Shown piece after piece: positions 27,862 through 37,814 of a stretch of 64,000 nt of DNA. The notes under the pieces are model-generated. The model was not told where the DNA came from. It made no database searches and saw only the letters and a program-made list of their open reading frames with translations. The stretch is taken from contig OZ245817.1 in the NCBI GenBank assembly GCA_965228475.1, positions 4,544,001 through 4,608,000 on the forward strand. The letters run 5' to 3'. This DNA comes from Myxococcota bacterium (GTDB lineage Bacteria > Myxococcota_A > UBA9160 > JAFDDA01). Within the stretch, counting starts at the first letter, position 1, and each line of letters starts with the position of its first letter. Made by a program: the position numbers and the translations under genes.

Positions 27862-28487
27862 GCCGGCTCTCCGGCCATGTGCACGCGCCACTCGCGCATG
27901 AACCAGGTGATCCAGAGCAGGAGGACCGGCAGGCCTGCGGCCATGAGCGCCGTCTCGACTTCATGGGAGAACCAACCGGCGCGGCTCGCCAGCGCGCAGG
28001 AGAAGAACACGATGAACGCCGGCGCGTTGATGCCGAGCGGCCCGGTCGCGCGGGCGAGAGGTGCCACGTGCGCGAAGCCCTCGTCCATCCGGGCCTGCCG
28101 GACCGCCGACCAGTAGACCCCCGTCCCGACCACGATGTAGCCGCAGATCGCGAGGAACCAGGCCGGCGCGCTCGGGGTTCCGACCAGGCCGTTCAGGAAG
28201 AAGAGATAGCCCGGCAACGTCACGACGATCCAGGAGTCCGCGAGCCGCGGCACGGCGTTGCGGGCGATCGCGATGTGGGAGTAGATGATCCACGCGACGA
28301 TGGCGGACTCGAAGGTCAGCGCCGCCTGGACCCAGATGCGCGCAGCCCGCGCGTCTATGGGCCAGAGGCCGTCCATCTCGCCGAGGCTCGAGAAGAGATC
28401 TTCGAGCACCAGACCGATCAGGATGCTGAGAAAGGTGACGTAGAGCCCGGGGAACTGCGCGCGGATTCGTTCGCCTGCCTCGGTCAT
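27858..28487 (-). CDS. Hypothetical membrane protein
   Basis: About 6 hydrophobic segments; sits between proS and the exonuclease with tight coupling. Confidence 0.7.
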   Translation of the reverse strand: MTEAGERIRAQFPGLYVTFLSILIGLVLEDLFSSLGEMDGLWPIDARAARIWVQAALTFESAIVAWIIYSHIAIARNAVPRLADSWIVVTLPGYLFFLNGLVGTPSAPAWFLAICGYIVVGTGVYWSAVRQARMDEGFAHVAPLARATGPLGINAPAFIVFFSCALASRAGWFSHEVETALMAAGLPVLLLWITWFMREWRVHMAGEPA

Positions 28488-28493
28488 CGGCGG

Positions 28494-30206
28494 CTAGCGG
28501 CGCTCCTCGAGCACGTACTCGGCGACGATCTCGGCGGCGCGGTGAAGATCGAGCTCTTCCTGGTGGCCGTCCCGCCGGCGCGCGAGCTCGACCTTCTTGT
28601 TCTTGAGCCCCTTCGGGCCGACGGTGATGCGGTACGGGATCCCGACGAGCTCGGCGTCCTTGAACTTCACGCCCGGGCGCTCGTCGCGGTCGTCGAGGAT
28701 CACGTCGATGCCGGCGTCGCGCAGGGCGTCGTGGAGCTGGCCGCCGGCCTCGCTGGTCTCGACGTCCTTCGGGTTCAGGACCGTCACCACCACCTCGAAG
28801 GGCGCCACCGTCACCGGCCATTGGATGCCGGCCTCGTCGTTGTGCGCCTCGACCACCGCCGCCATCGCGCGGCCGACGCCGATCCCGTAGCAGCCCATCA
28901 CGATCGGGCAGGACTTCCCGTTCTGGTCGAGCACCGAGACGTCCATGGCCTCGGAGTAGCGCGTGCCGAGCTTGAAGATGTGGCCGATCTCGATCGTCTT
29001 GCGCACGGCGAGGGGCGACTGGCACATCGGGCAGGCCTCGCCGGCACGGACCTCGCGCAGGTCCGCCCAGCCGGCGACCTCGATGTCGCGCGCGACGTCG
29101 ACGCCGCGCAGGTGGAAGCCGTCCTCGTTCGCGCCGGTCGTCATGTCGCGCCGGCCCTCGAGCGCCGGGTCTGCCACGACCTTCAGGTCCTTCACGCCGA
29201 CGGCGCCGAGGCTTCCGGGCGAAGCGCCGAGCGCCTTGCGGATCTCTTCGTCGCCCGCGGGCCGCAGGTCGAAGACGCCCGTCGCGTCGATCAGCTTCTG
29301 CTCGTTCAGCGCGTGGTCGCCGCGCAGGAGCACGAGCCAGACCTCGCCCTTCACGACGTAGACGAGCGTCTTGATCTGACGCTCCGCCGCGGCGCCGCCG
29401 TCCATCTGGGCGAGGTCTTCGATGGTGCGGACGCCCGGGGTCGGGAACTTCTCCGGCGCGTCGAGACCGGCGCCGTCTTCGACCGCCGGAAGTTCGGAGG
29501 TCGCCTTCTCGAGGTTCGCCGCATAGCCGCACTTCTCGCAGGAGGCGACGAAGTCCTCGCCGGCGTCCGAGGCCTGCATGAACTCGATCGATTCCTTGCC
29601 GCCCATGGCGCCCGAGGACGCCTCCACCGCGAGCGCGTCGAGACCGATGCGGCCGAAGATCTTGCGATAGGCGTCGAAGTGCAGGCGGAAGGAGCGGTCG
29701 AGGCCCGCTTCGTCGACGTCGAAGGAGTAGGAGTCCTTCATCACGAACTCGCGCACGCGCAGGAGGCCCGACTTCGGACGCGGCTCGTCGCGGAACTTGC
29801 TCTGGAACTGGTACCAGACCTGCGGGAGCTGCTTGTAGGAACGCATCTCGCCGGCGAGGTGCGTGAAGATCTCCTCGTGGGTCATGCCGAGGCAGACGTC
29901 CACGCCGCGCCGGTCCTTCAGGCGGAAGAGCTCCTCGCCGACTTCGTCCCAACGCCCGCTGCGCTTCCAGACCTCGGCCGGATGCATGCACGGAAGCTCG
30001 AACTCCTGCCCGCCGATCTCTTCGAGCTCGTGGCGGATCACCGCGGTGATCTTGCGCGCAACGCGCTGCCCGAGCGGGAGCAGCGAGTAGCTCCCGGACA
30101 TGAGCTGGCGGATCAGCCCGGCACGCACGAGCAGCTTGTGACTGACCGCCTCCGCGTCGGCGGGATCGTCACGAAGAGTGGGAATGAAAGACTCGGACCA
30201 GCGCAA
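28494..30206 (-). CDS. proS: Proline--tRNA ligase (bacterial type with insertion/editing domain)
   Basis: TTG start MRWSESFIPTLR; SHKLLVRAG, THEE, KFRDEPRP..GLLRVREFVMKDSYSF, EIGHIFKLG, MGCYGIGVGR, DDRDERPGVKFKDAEL. Confidence 0.96.
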   Translation of the reverse strand: MRWSESFIPTLRDDPADAEAVSHKLLVRAGLIRQLMSGSYSLLPLGQRVARKITAVIRHELEEIGGQEFELPCMHPAEVWKRSGRWDEVGEELFRLKDRRGVDVCLGMTHEEIFTHLAGEMRSYKQLPQVWYQFQSKFRDEPRPKSGLLRVREFVMKDSYSFDVDEAGLDRSFRLHFDAYRKIFGRIGLDALAVEASSGAMGGKESIEFMQASDAGEDFVASCEKCGYAANLEKATSELPAVEDGAGLDAPEKFPTPGVRTIEDLAQMDGGAAAERQIKTLVYVVKGEVWLVLLRGDHALNEQKLIDATGVFDLRPAGDEEIRKALGASPGSLGAVGVKDLKVVADPALEGRRDMTTGANEDGFHLRGVDVARDIEVAGWADLREVRAGEACPMCQSPLAVRKTIEIGHIFKLGTRYSEAMDVSVLDQNGKSCPIVMGCYGIGVGRAMAAVVEAHNDEAGIQWPVTVAPFEVVVTVLNPKDVETSEAGGQLHDALRDAGIDVILDDRDERPGVKFKDAELVGIPYRITVGPKGLKNKKVELARRRDGHQEELDLHRAAEIVAEYVLEERR

Positions 30207-30271
30207 GGAAAACCCCCGTTCGCGGCCGTAGGCTAACGCCTGGGAGTTCGCCGCGCCGCCAAGGGCCGAGG

Positions 30272-31414
30272 CTAGCGGCCGGCCAGGGCCAGAACGCCGG
30301 TGTACGTGAGCAGCTCCGTCGCGCCGCAGACCGGGCCGATCTCGTAGGCGCCGTGCATTCCGACGAGGGGCAGCTTGCCGAAGCGCTCTTCGAGGTAGGC
30401 GGCCTCGAGGCCCGGCACACCGAACAGGGCCGCGCCGCGCGCGCAGCAGTCGAGGTAGAGGCCGAAGTCCGCCGGGCCGGCGAGCGCTTTCAACATGCGT
30501 TTCAGATCTTCGCGCGCGCCGTGGGGTTCGCGCAGAACCAGGGCCGCGCGGTCGCCCGCCCGGACCGGCTCGGGCGAAGCGATCCCGCGCCGGGCCTCCG
30601 GGTCGAAGCCGACGACGTTGCGCACCCGGTAGTGGCCCGCGCGCAGCGCCGCGTCGGCGTCCTCCCCCTCGGGCCACGCCAGCAACACGAAGGCCGAGGC
30701 GCGACGGAGATCCTCGGCGAGCGGGCCGCGAGCGGCCTCGGTGAAGACGTCGAGGGCCGGGCGGCCATCGAGCTCGAGGATCCAGTGGCCGTCGGCGCGC
30801 GTCACCGTCATCGCGTCCGTCACGGGCTGGCAGGCCTGCGTCACGCCGGCGCGGAAACCCGCCCCGCCGCGAAGAATCATCCCCGCCACCGCGCCCTCGG
30901 CGGTCTCCCCTTCCGCCCAGCACGGCCCTTCGAAGGCACCTGCCCCGACGACGAGCGCATCGCCGCAGGCGGGCACGAGGGAGCCGAGCAGCGCCTCCGG
31001 CGAGACGGCCAGGCCATCCGGGAACAGCACGACGAGGTCTTCCCGGCGGAGGGGCGCCTCGAGGTAGTGGGCGAAGCGCTCGCCGGCGGACGCTTCGCGG
31101 CCGGCGACGTCGGCCAGCAGGAACGGCTCGGGGTCCCAACCCGAGAGCGCGAGCACCGAGACCCCGGCACCGCCCTCCTGGGCATCCCCGCCGACGAGGA
31201 CGCCCTGCGAACTCGCACCGACCGGCGCCACCCCGAGCACCCGCTCCGCCTCGGCCACCATCGAGGGCATGGCGGCAGCGTGGGCCGCGGTCGCGAACAG
31301 CAGCGCGCCGACGGGACGCTCGCAGGCGGCCTCGGCCATGGCCGTGGCGCACGCCTCGCGCACCGCGCGTTCGGGGTTCGACTCCCGCGATAGACCGGCA
31401 CCTGCCTGCAGCAT
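30272..31414 (-). CDS. FIST N/C domain signal-transduction protein
   Basis: GVTQACQPV, VTRADGHWILELDGRPA, DCCARG, GMHGAYEIGP. Confidence 0.85.
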   Translation of the reverse strand: MLQAGAGLSRESNPERAVREACATAMAEAACERPVGALLFATAAHAAAMPSMVAEAERVLGVAPVGASSQGVLVGGDAQEGGAGVSVLALSGWDPEPFLLADVAGREASAGERFAHYLEAPLRREDLVVLFPDGLAVSPEALLGSLVPACGDALVVGAGAFEGPCWAEGETAEGAVAGMILRGGAGFRAGVTQACQPVTDAMTVTRADGHWILELDGRPALDVFTEAARGPLAEDLRRASAFVLLAWPEGEDADAALRAGHYRVRNVVGFDPEARRGIASPEPVRAGDRAALVLREPHGAREDLKRMLKALAGPADFGLYLDCCARGAALFGVPGLEAAYLEERFGKLPLVGMHGAYEIGPVCGATELLTYTGVLALAGR

Positions 31415-31689
31415 CGTCGAAGGATAGGACCTACCCGGGTACCCCCCAGGGGAATTCCGCCGAACTTTCTTGGCAGACAGTCGCCTGCGACGCCGGACCC
31501 CCGGTTTGCGCGGCGTTTCCTCCGCCGCTCGGCTAGAGTCGGCCTGCGGCCACGCGGAAACCCGTGTGGCATCCCCCCCACGCTAGTCTGCGACCCGTTC
31601 CGACTACGGCGGTCCCGGGTCGGGCCTTGGTGCATCCGTGCGGGGTGCATGGCTTTGGGCGCCCGAAGCGGGCGCATTGAGAGGAAGCG

Positions 31690-32853
31690 TTGGCGGACTA
31701 CGAGCTCATCGAGAAGGCGGCCGACCTCCGGGCGCTGTGCCGCCACCTCGAGAAGGAGCGCGTCGTCGCCTTCGACACCGAAGCCGACAGCTTCTACCAC
31801 TACTTCGACAAGACCTGCCTGATCCAGGTCGCGGACCGCAAGACCCACTGGCTGATCGACCCGCTCGCTCTCGGCGGCACGACCGAACTCGCGCCCCTGG
31901 CGCCGGTCTTCGCTTCGCCGGACGTGCGCAAGGTCTTCCACGCCGCCGAGTACGACATCTACATCTTGAAGCGCGACTTCGGCTTCGAGTTCATGAACCT
32001 GTTCGACACGATGGTGAGTGCGCAGCTCCTCGGCTACCCGTCGGTGGGCCTCGCCGCCATCGCCGAGCGACACTTCGACGTGTCGCTCCCGAAGGACGAG
32101 CAGCGTTCGGACTGGTCCGTGCGTCCGCTGACCGACAGCCAGCTCTCCTACGCCGCTTCGGACGTCGAGTACCTGATCCGCCTCGCCGACAAGCTCGAGC
32201 GCGAGCTTCGCAAGGCGAAGCGCCTGAACTGGGCGCAGGAGGAATTCGCGGCCCTGACGCGGCGGGCGTGGCCCGCACGCGAGTTCGACAAGCTCGGCTA
32301 CCTGAAGATCAAGGGCGCACGCGGGCTCGACCCCCAGAGCATGGCCGTGCTGCGCGAGCTCTACCTCCTGCGGGACGCCCGCGCGCGCAAGCTCGACCGC
32401 CCGCCCTTCAAGGTGCTCGGCAACCGCGCGCTGCTCGAGATCGCCCAGCGGCAGCCGGAAGGCGAGGAAGAGCTCGGCCGCATCAAGGGCGTGACGGATC
32501 TGATCCTTCGCCGCATGGGGCGCGACCTGGTCGCGGCGGTGGCCAAGGGCGCCAAGAAGACCCACGGCCCGATCCCGAAGACGGCCGGCGGCTCGCGGCG
32601 CCGCATGGACCGGCGCACCGAGCGCCGGCTCGCGGTGCTGAAGAAGTGGCGCGGCGAGAAGGCGACCGCGATGGCCATGGACCCGGGCGTCTTCGCGCCG
32701 AACTCCGCGCTCGAGGCGATCGCCTGGAAGAACCCGGACGCCGTGGAGGAGTTGACCGAGCTCCCGGAGCTCAAGGGCTGGTTCGTGCGGGATTTCGGCG
32801 CCGAGGTCGTGGCGGCGCTCCATGCGGGCTCGAAGACGGAAGAGTCGAGCTAG
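31690..32853 (+). CDS. rnd: Ribonuclease D (DEDD exonuclease + HRDC)
   Basis: AFDTEADSFYHY..CLIQ, KVFHAAEYD, FDTMVSAQLLG, SDWSVRPL...YAASDV, RDARARKLDRPPFKVL; TTG start after GAGG. Confidence 0.93.
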   Translation: MADYELIEKAADLRALCRHLEKERVVAFDTEADSFYHYFDKTCLIQVADRKTHWLIDPLALGGTTELAPLAPVFASPDVRKVFHAAEYDIYILKRDFGFEFMNLFDTMVSAQLLGYPSVGLAAIAERHFDVSLPKDEQRSDWSVRPLTDSQLSYAASDVEYLIRLADKLERELRKAKRLNWAQEEFAALTRRAWPAREFDKLGYLKIKGARGLDPQSMAVLRELYLLRDARARKLDRPPFKVLGNRALLEIAQRQPEGEEELGRIKGVTDLILRRMGRDLVAAVAKGAKKTHGPIPKTAGGSRRRMDRRTERRLAVLKKWRGEKATAMAMDPGVFAPNSALEAIAWKNPDAVEELTELPELKGWFVRDFGAEVVAALHAGSKTEESS

Positions 32854-32906
32854 CCGCCGCCCCCGCGAAGGGGTCGCCAGAGGCTGGAAGTGGCCGGGGG
32901 GCCTGG

Positions 32907-32942
32907 AAAAACGATGCCCCCCGGAGTACGTCTCCGGGGGGC
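32907..32942 (-). terminator. Intrinsic terminator of the putative sRNA
   Basis: Perfect 11-bp stem GCCCCCCGGAG/CTCCGGGGGGC (32916-32942), followed on the minus strand by ATCG-TTTTT. Confidence 0.8.
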
Positions 32943-33093
32943 GATGCGATTCGGTGCGCTGAAAGCCTCGAGAAGGCGGGGTGCCGTTCTGGGGGAAGGC
33001 GCCTATGTGTCTGGTCTCGAAACCTCCAGCGCGGGGATCAACCGATGAGCGCGCCCTCGTCATCAACCGATCCCATGCCGTATCGCACTCGAA
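32907..33093 (-). ncRNA. Putative sigma54-dependent small regulatory RNA (~185 nt)
   Basis: Bounded by a sigma54 promoter and a terminator; 15-bp and 18-bp helices each with 4 G-U pairs that form only on the minus strand; C-rich loop. Confidence 0.7.
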
Positions 33094-33103
33094 TCGGTAC
33101 TAG

Positions 33104-33120
33104 AGCAGGCTTCGTGCCAA
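33104..33120 (-). promoter_or_regulatory. Sigma54 (RpoN) -24/-12 promoter
   Basis: TTGGCACGAAGCCTGCT versus consensus TGGCACG-N4-TTGCW: correct GG-to-GC spacing, one mismatch. Confidence 0.8.
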
Positions 33121-33284
33121 CTCGCACCAAACCGGCAAGTCGCCGCATTCGTTGGCCTTTCCGAGATTCTGGGGGTTCAGGGAGGCGCCGCCTGGGGTGG
33201 CAGCCTGCCGGGCCCCTGAGGCCGTCTCCAGCGCTTGTGGAGCTTTCTCAACGATTCCGGGGCGTTGGCTGGGGGCCTCCGCGG

Positions 33285-34466
33285 GTGGCCCTGCCGCCGA
33301 AGGGTGCACCCTGGCTGGCTCTGATGCTCTTCCTCGTGGCCGTTCCCGCCGAGGCGAGCTGGGTCGTCCAGCGGGGCGAGCCGCCGAGTTCACAGGAGCG
33401 GTATTGCGCCTGGTTCGCGGCCCCGGCCGGCGACGTCCTCTACTTCGGGGAGGCCGCCTTCTGGACGGCCTTCCGCTCCCAGGGCAAGGACCCGCGCGGC
33501 GACCTCCGGGCGAGCGGCCCACAACGCATCGGCCGGCTCGGGCTCGCCGACGAAGCGCTGCTCGATCCGATCGACGTGACCCAGCCCGGCGCCCGCTCGG
33601 GCATCTGGGACGTGCTTCCCCACCCGAACGGCCGCGTCTACTTCACGACCTTCTTCGAGGAGTCCGGCTGGGCCGACCCGGCGACCGGCGCCCACGAGCG
33701 CATGCCCGCCGTCGGCCTCGGGCTCTCGGAGCTCGCGCTCGCCTCCGACGGGGATCTCGTCGCCGCCCGGTACGGACGGCCGGGAAAGACCGACGGGAGC
33801 CTCGTGCGGTTCTCACCGGAGGGCGAGCTCCTCGCGGAGTGGCCCATGAAGCCGACCCGCGGGTTCCGCGTCGCGCCGAAGAGCGTGGCGTACGACCCCG
33901 TTCGCAAGGAGACCTGGGCGCTGACGGATCTGCTCCCGGAGGCGGGGGACGGCGTCATCTCCCATGACGCGCGCATCCATGACGCAAAGGGGCGCGAGCG
34001 GCTCCGCATCACGGACCCGGAGATCCAGTTCGCCGTCTTCACGCCGGAGGGCACGGGCTACCTGGCCGAAGTCGAGGGCTCCTCTCTCTACCTGAGAATT
34101 CTGGCCCCGGGCGATGCGGCCCGGCCGACCCGCCGAGGCGAGCGGCTCCTGCTCGATGCCGGCTTCCCTTCGGGCTTCGACTTCCTCCAGGACCTCCACG
34201 TCGCGGCCGACGGGCGCCTGGTCGCGACGCGCTGGAGCGGCTGGGTCCACGTCGTGCACCCGGACCGGCGCGTCGAGACGATCCGCATGCCCCGGCTCGA
34301 CGACGAGGGCCTCTACTACTCGGCCGTGGTCCGGGAGGACCGCGTCTGCGCGACCTACTGCTCGGAGGTGACGGTCGTTTGTCGCGCAGCCGACAGTTTC
34401 GACGCCGCGCCCGAGGGCCCGGCCCAGCCGGAGGCCAAAGCCCCGCCGGAGAAGCCGGCGGAATGA
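33285..34466 (+). CDS. Hypothetical secreted beta-propeller-like protein (start uncertain)
   Basis: Signal-like PWLALMLFLVAVPAEA; repeated blades such as PNGRVYFT, DGDLVAA, FSPEGELL, FTPEGTGY, ADGRLVAT. Confidence 0.7.
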   Translation: MALPPKGAPWLALMLFLVAVPAEASWVVQRGEPPSSQERYCAWFAAPAGDVLYFGEAAFWTAFRSQGKDPRGDLRASGPQRIGRLGLADEALLDPIDVTQPGARSGIWDVLPHPNGRVYFTTFFEESGWADPATGAHERMPAVGLGLSELALASDGDLVAARYGRPGKTDGSLVRFSPEGELLAEWPMKPTRGFRVAPKSVAYDPVRKETWALTDLLPEAGDGVISHDARIHDAKGRERLRITDPEIQFAVFTPEGTGYLAEVEGSSLYLRILAPGDAARPTRRGERLLLDAGFPSGFDFLQDLHVAADGRLVATRWSGWVHVVHPDRRVETIRMPRLDDEGLYYSAVVREDRVCATYCSEVTVVCRAADSFDAAPEGPAQPEAKAPPEKPAE

Positions 34467-34514
34467 GCGCCCGCACGCGCCAACTCCCCGAGAAATCGGT
34501 GTAAAGTCTCGGCC

Positions 34515-35813
34515 GTGTACGAAGCACGGCGAAAGCGGGTGCTCGCGGCGATGGGGGAGGGCGCCGTCGCGCTCTTCCTGGGCGCGCGTCCGGCCGTCCG
34601 CTCGGCCGACACCCACTACCCCTTCCGCCAGGACAGCGACTTCCACTACCTGACCGGCTTCGACCACCCGAACGCCGCCGCCGTGCTGCGCTCGGGCACC
34701 GGCTCCGAGCCCGCGGAGTACGTGCTCTTCGTCGAGCCGCGCGACCCGGCCATGGAGACCTGGAACGGCTACCGGCCCGGGGTCGAAGGCGCCGTCAGCG
34801 ACTTCGGCGCCGACGCCGCCCACCCGATCGACGAGCTGCTCGAACGGCTGCCGGAGCTGCTGAAGAACGCGAACCGCGTCTTCCACATGCTCGGCCGCGA
34901 CGCGGCCGTCGACGCCCGCATCACCTCGAGCATCGACGAGATGCGCCTGCGCTCGCGGACCGGCGTCGTCCCGCCCGGCGAGTTCGTGGACCCCCGCGTC
35001 ATCGTGCACGAGATGCGCCTCTTCAAGGAGCCCGCCGAGCTCGACGTGATGCGCCGCGCGGCGGCGATCACCGCCGAGGCCCACCAGGCCGGAGCGCGGC
35101 TGATTCGCGACGGGAACTACGAGTACGAAGTCGAGGCGGCCATCGACGGCACGTTTCGGCGGCGCGGCGCCGCGGGGCCGGCCTACGAGTCCATCGTCGG
35201 CGGCGGGCGCAACGCCACCGTGCTCCACTACGTGAGCAACGCCTCGAAGCTCTCCCAGGGCGAGCTGGTGGTGGTCGACGCGGGCTGCGAGCTCGAAGGC
35301 TACGCCTCGGACGTCACGCGCACGTACCCGGTGGGCGCACGCTACGAGGGCCCGGCCCGGGCGCTCTACGAAGTCGTGCTCGCGGCCCAGGAAGCCTCGC
35401 TCGCGGCGTCGAAGCCCGGCGCCACCCTCGAGGCCGTGCACACGGCCTCGGTCCGCGCGCTCGTCGACGGGCTCGTCGAGCTCGGCATTCTCTCGGGCGC
35501 GCGCGACGGGCTGATCGAGAAGCAGGCCTACGCGCCCTACTACATGCACCGCACGAGCCACTGGCTCGGCCTCGACGTGCACGACGTCGGAAGCTACGCG
35601 GTCGAGGGCAAGCCGCGCGTGCTCGAACCGGGCATGGCATACACCGTCGAGCCGGGCCTCTACGTCGCGCCCGACTCCGAGGCCGACGAGCGCTTCCGCG
35701 GCATCGGCGTCCGCATCGAAGACGACGTCGTGATCACCGAAGACGGCCACGAGAACCTGACCGCGCAGATCCCGAAGCGTCCGGGCGACGTCGAAGCCTG
35801 GATGAGCGACTGA
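34515..35813 (+). CDS. pepP: Xaa-Pro aminopeptidase (aminopeptidase P)
   Basis: [58 protein letters not shown]. Confidence 0.95.
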   Translation: MYEARRKRVLAAMGEGAVALFLGARPAVRSADTHYPFRQDSDFHYLTGFDHPNAAAVLRSGTGSEPAEYVLFVEPRDPAMETWNGYRPGVEGAVSDFGADAAHPIDELLERLPELLKNANRVFHMLGRDAAVDARITSSIDEMRLRSRTGVVPPGEFVDPRVIVHEMRLFKEPAELDVMRRAAAITAEAHQAGARLIRDGNYEYEVEAAIDGTFRRRGAAGPAYESIVGGGRNATVLHYVSNASKLSQGELVVVDAGCELEGYASDVTRTYPVGARYEGPARALYEVVLAAQEASLAASKPGATLEAVHTASVRALVDGLVELGILSGARDGLIEKQAYAPYYMHRTSHWLGLDVHDVGSYAVEGKPRVLEPGMAYTVEPGLYVAPDSEADERFRGIGVRIEDDVVITEDGHENLTAQIPKRPGDVEAWMSD

Positions 35814-35860
35814 GCGCAGGCCGCCTCCACCCCCAACGCAAACCTGGAGCCCCCCGAACG

Positions 35861-37810
<1,950 letters not shown>

Positions 37811-37814
37811 GCCG

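Noticed and set aside
28494..31352. 952-aa extended ProS
   Set aside because: ProS homology starts at TTG 30206; the upstream part overlaps the FIST gene out of frame.
30877..33066. 729-aa minus-strand ORF starting inside the putative sRNA
   Set aside because: Antisense shadow of rnd with no recognisable motifs; it would have to read through a strong terminator at 32942-32907.
33038..33076. Minus-strand micro-ORF MGSVDDEGALIG inside the sRNA
   Set aside because: No SD and it is buried in the 15-bp hairpin; no support for translation.
32907..33093. Identification of the sRNA as 6S, SRP, tmRNA or Pxr itself
   Set aside because: Branched structure with a sigma54 promoter and no SRP or tRNA-like motifs; homology to Pxr or 6S cannot be shown without a covariance search.
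31638..33284. N-terminal extension of the 942-aa ORF
   Set aside because: Off-frame overlap with rnd and the sRNA region; protein-like sequence begins only near 33285.
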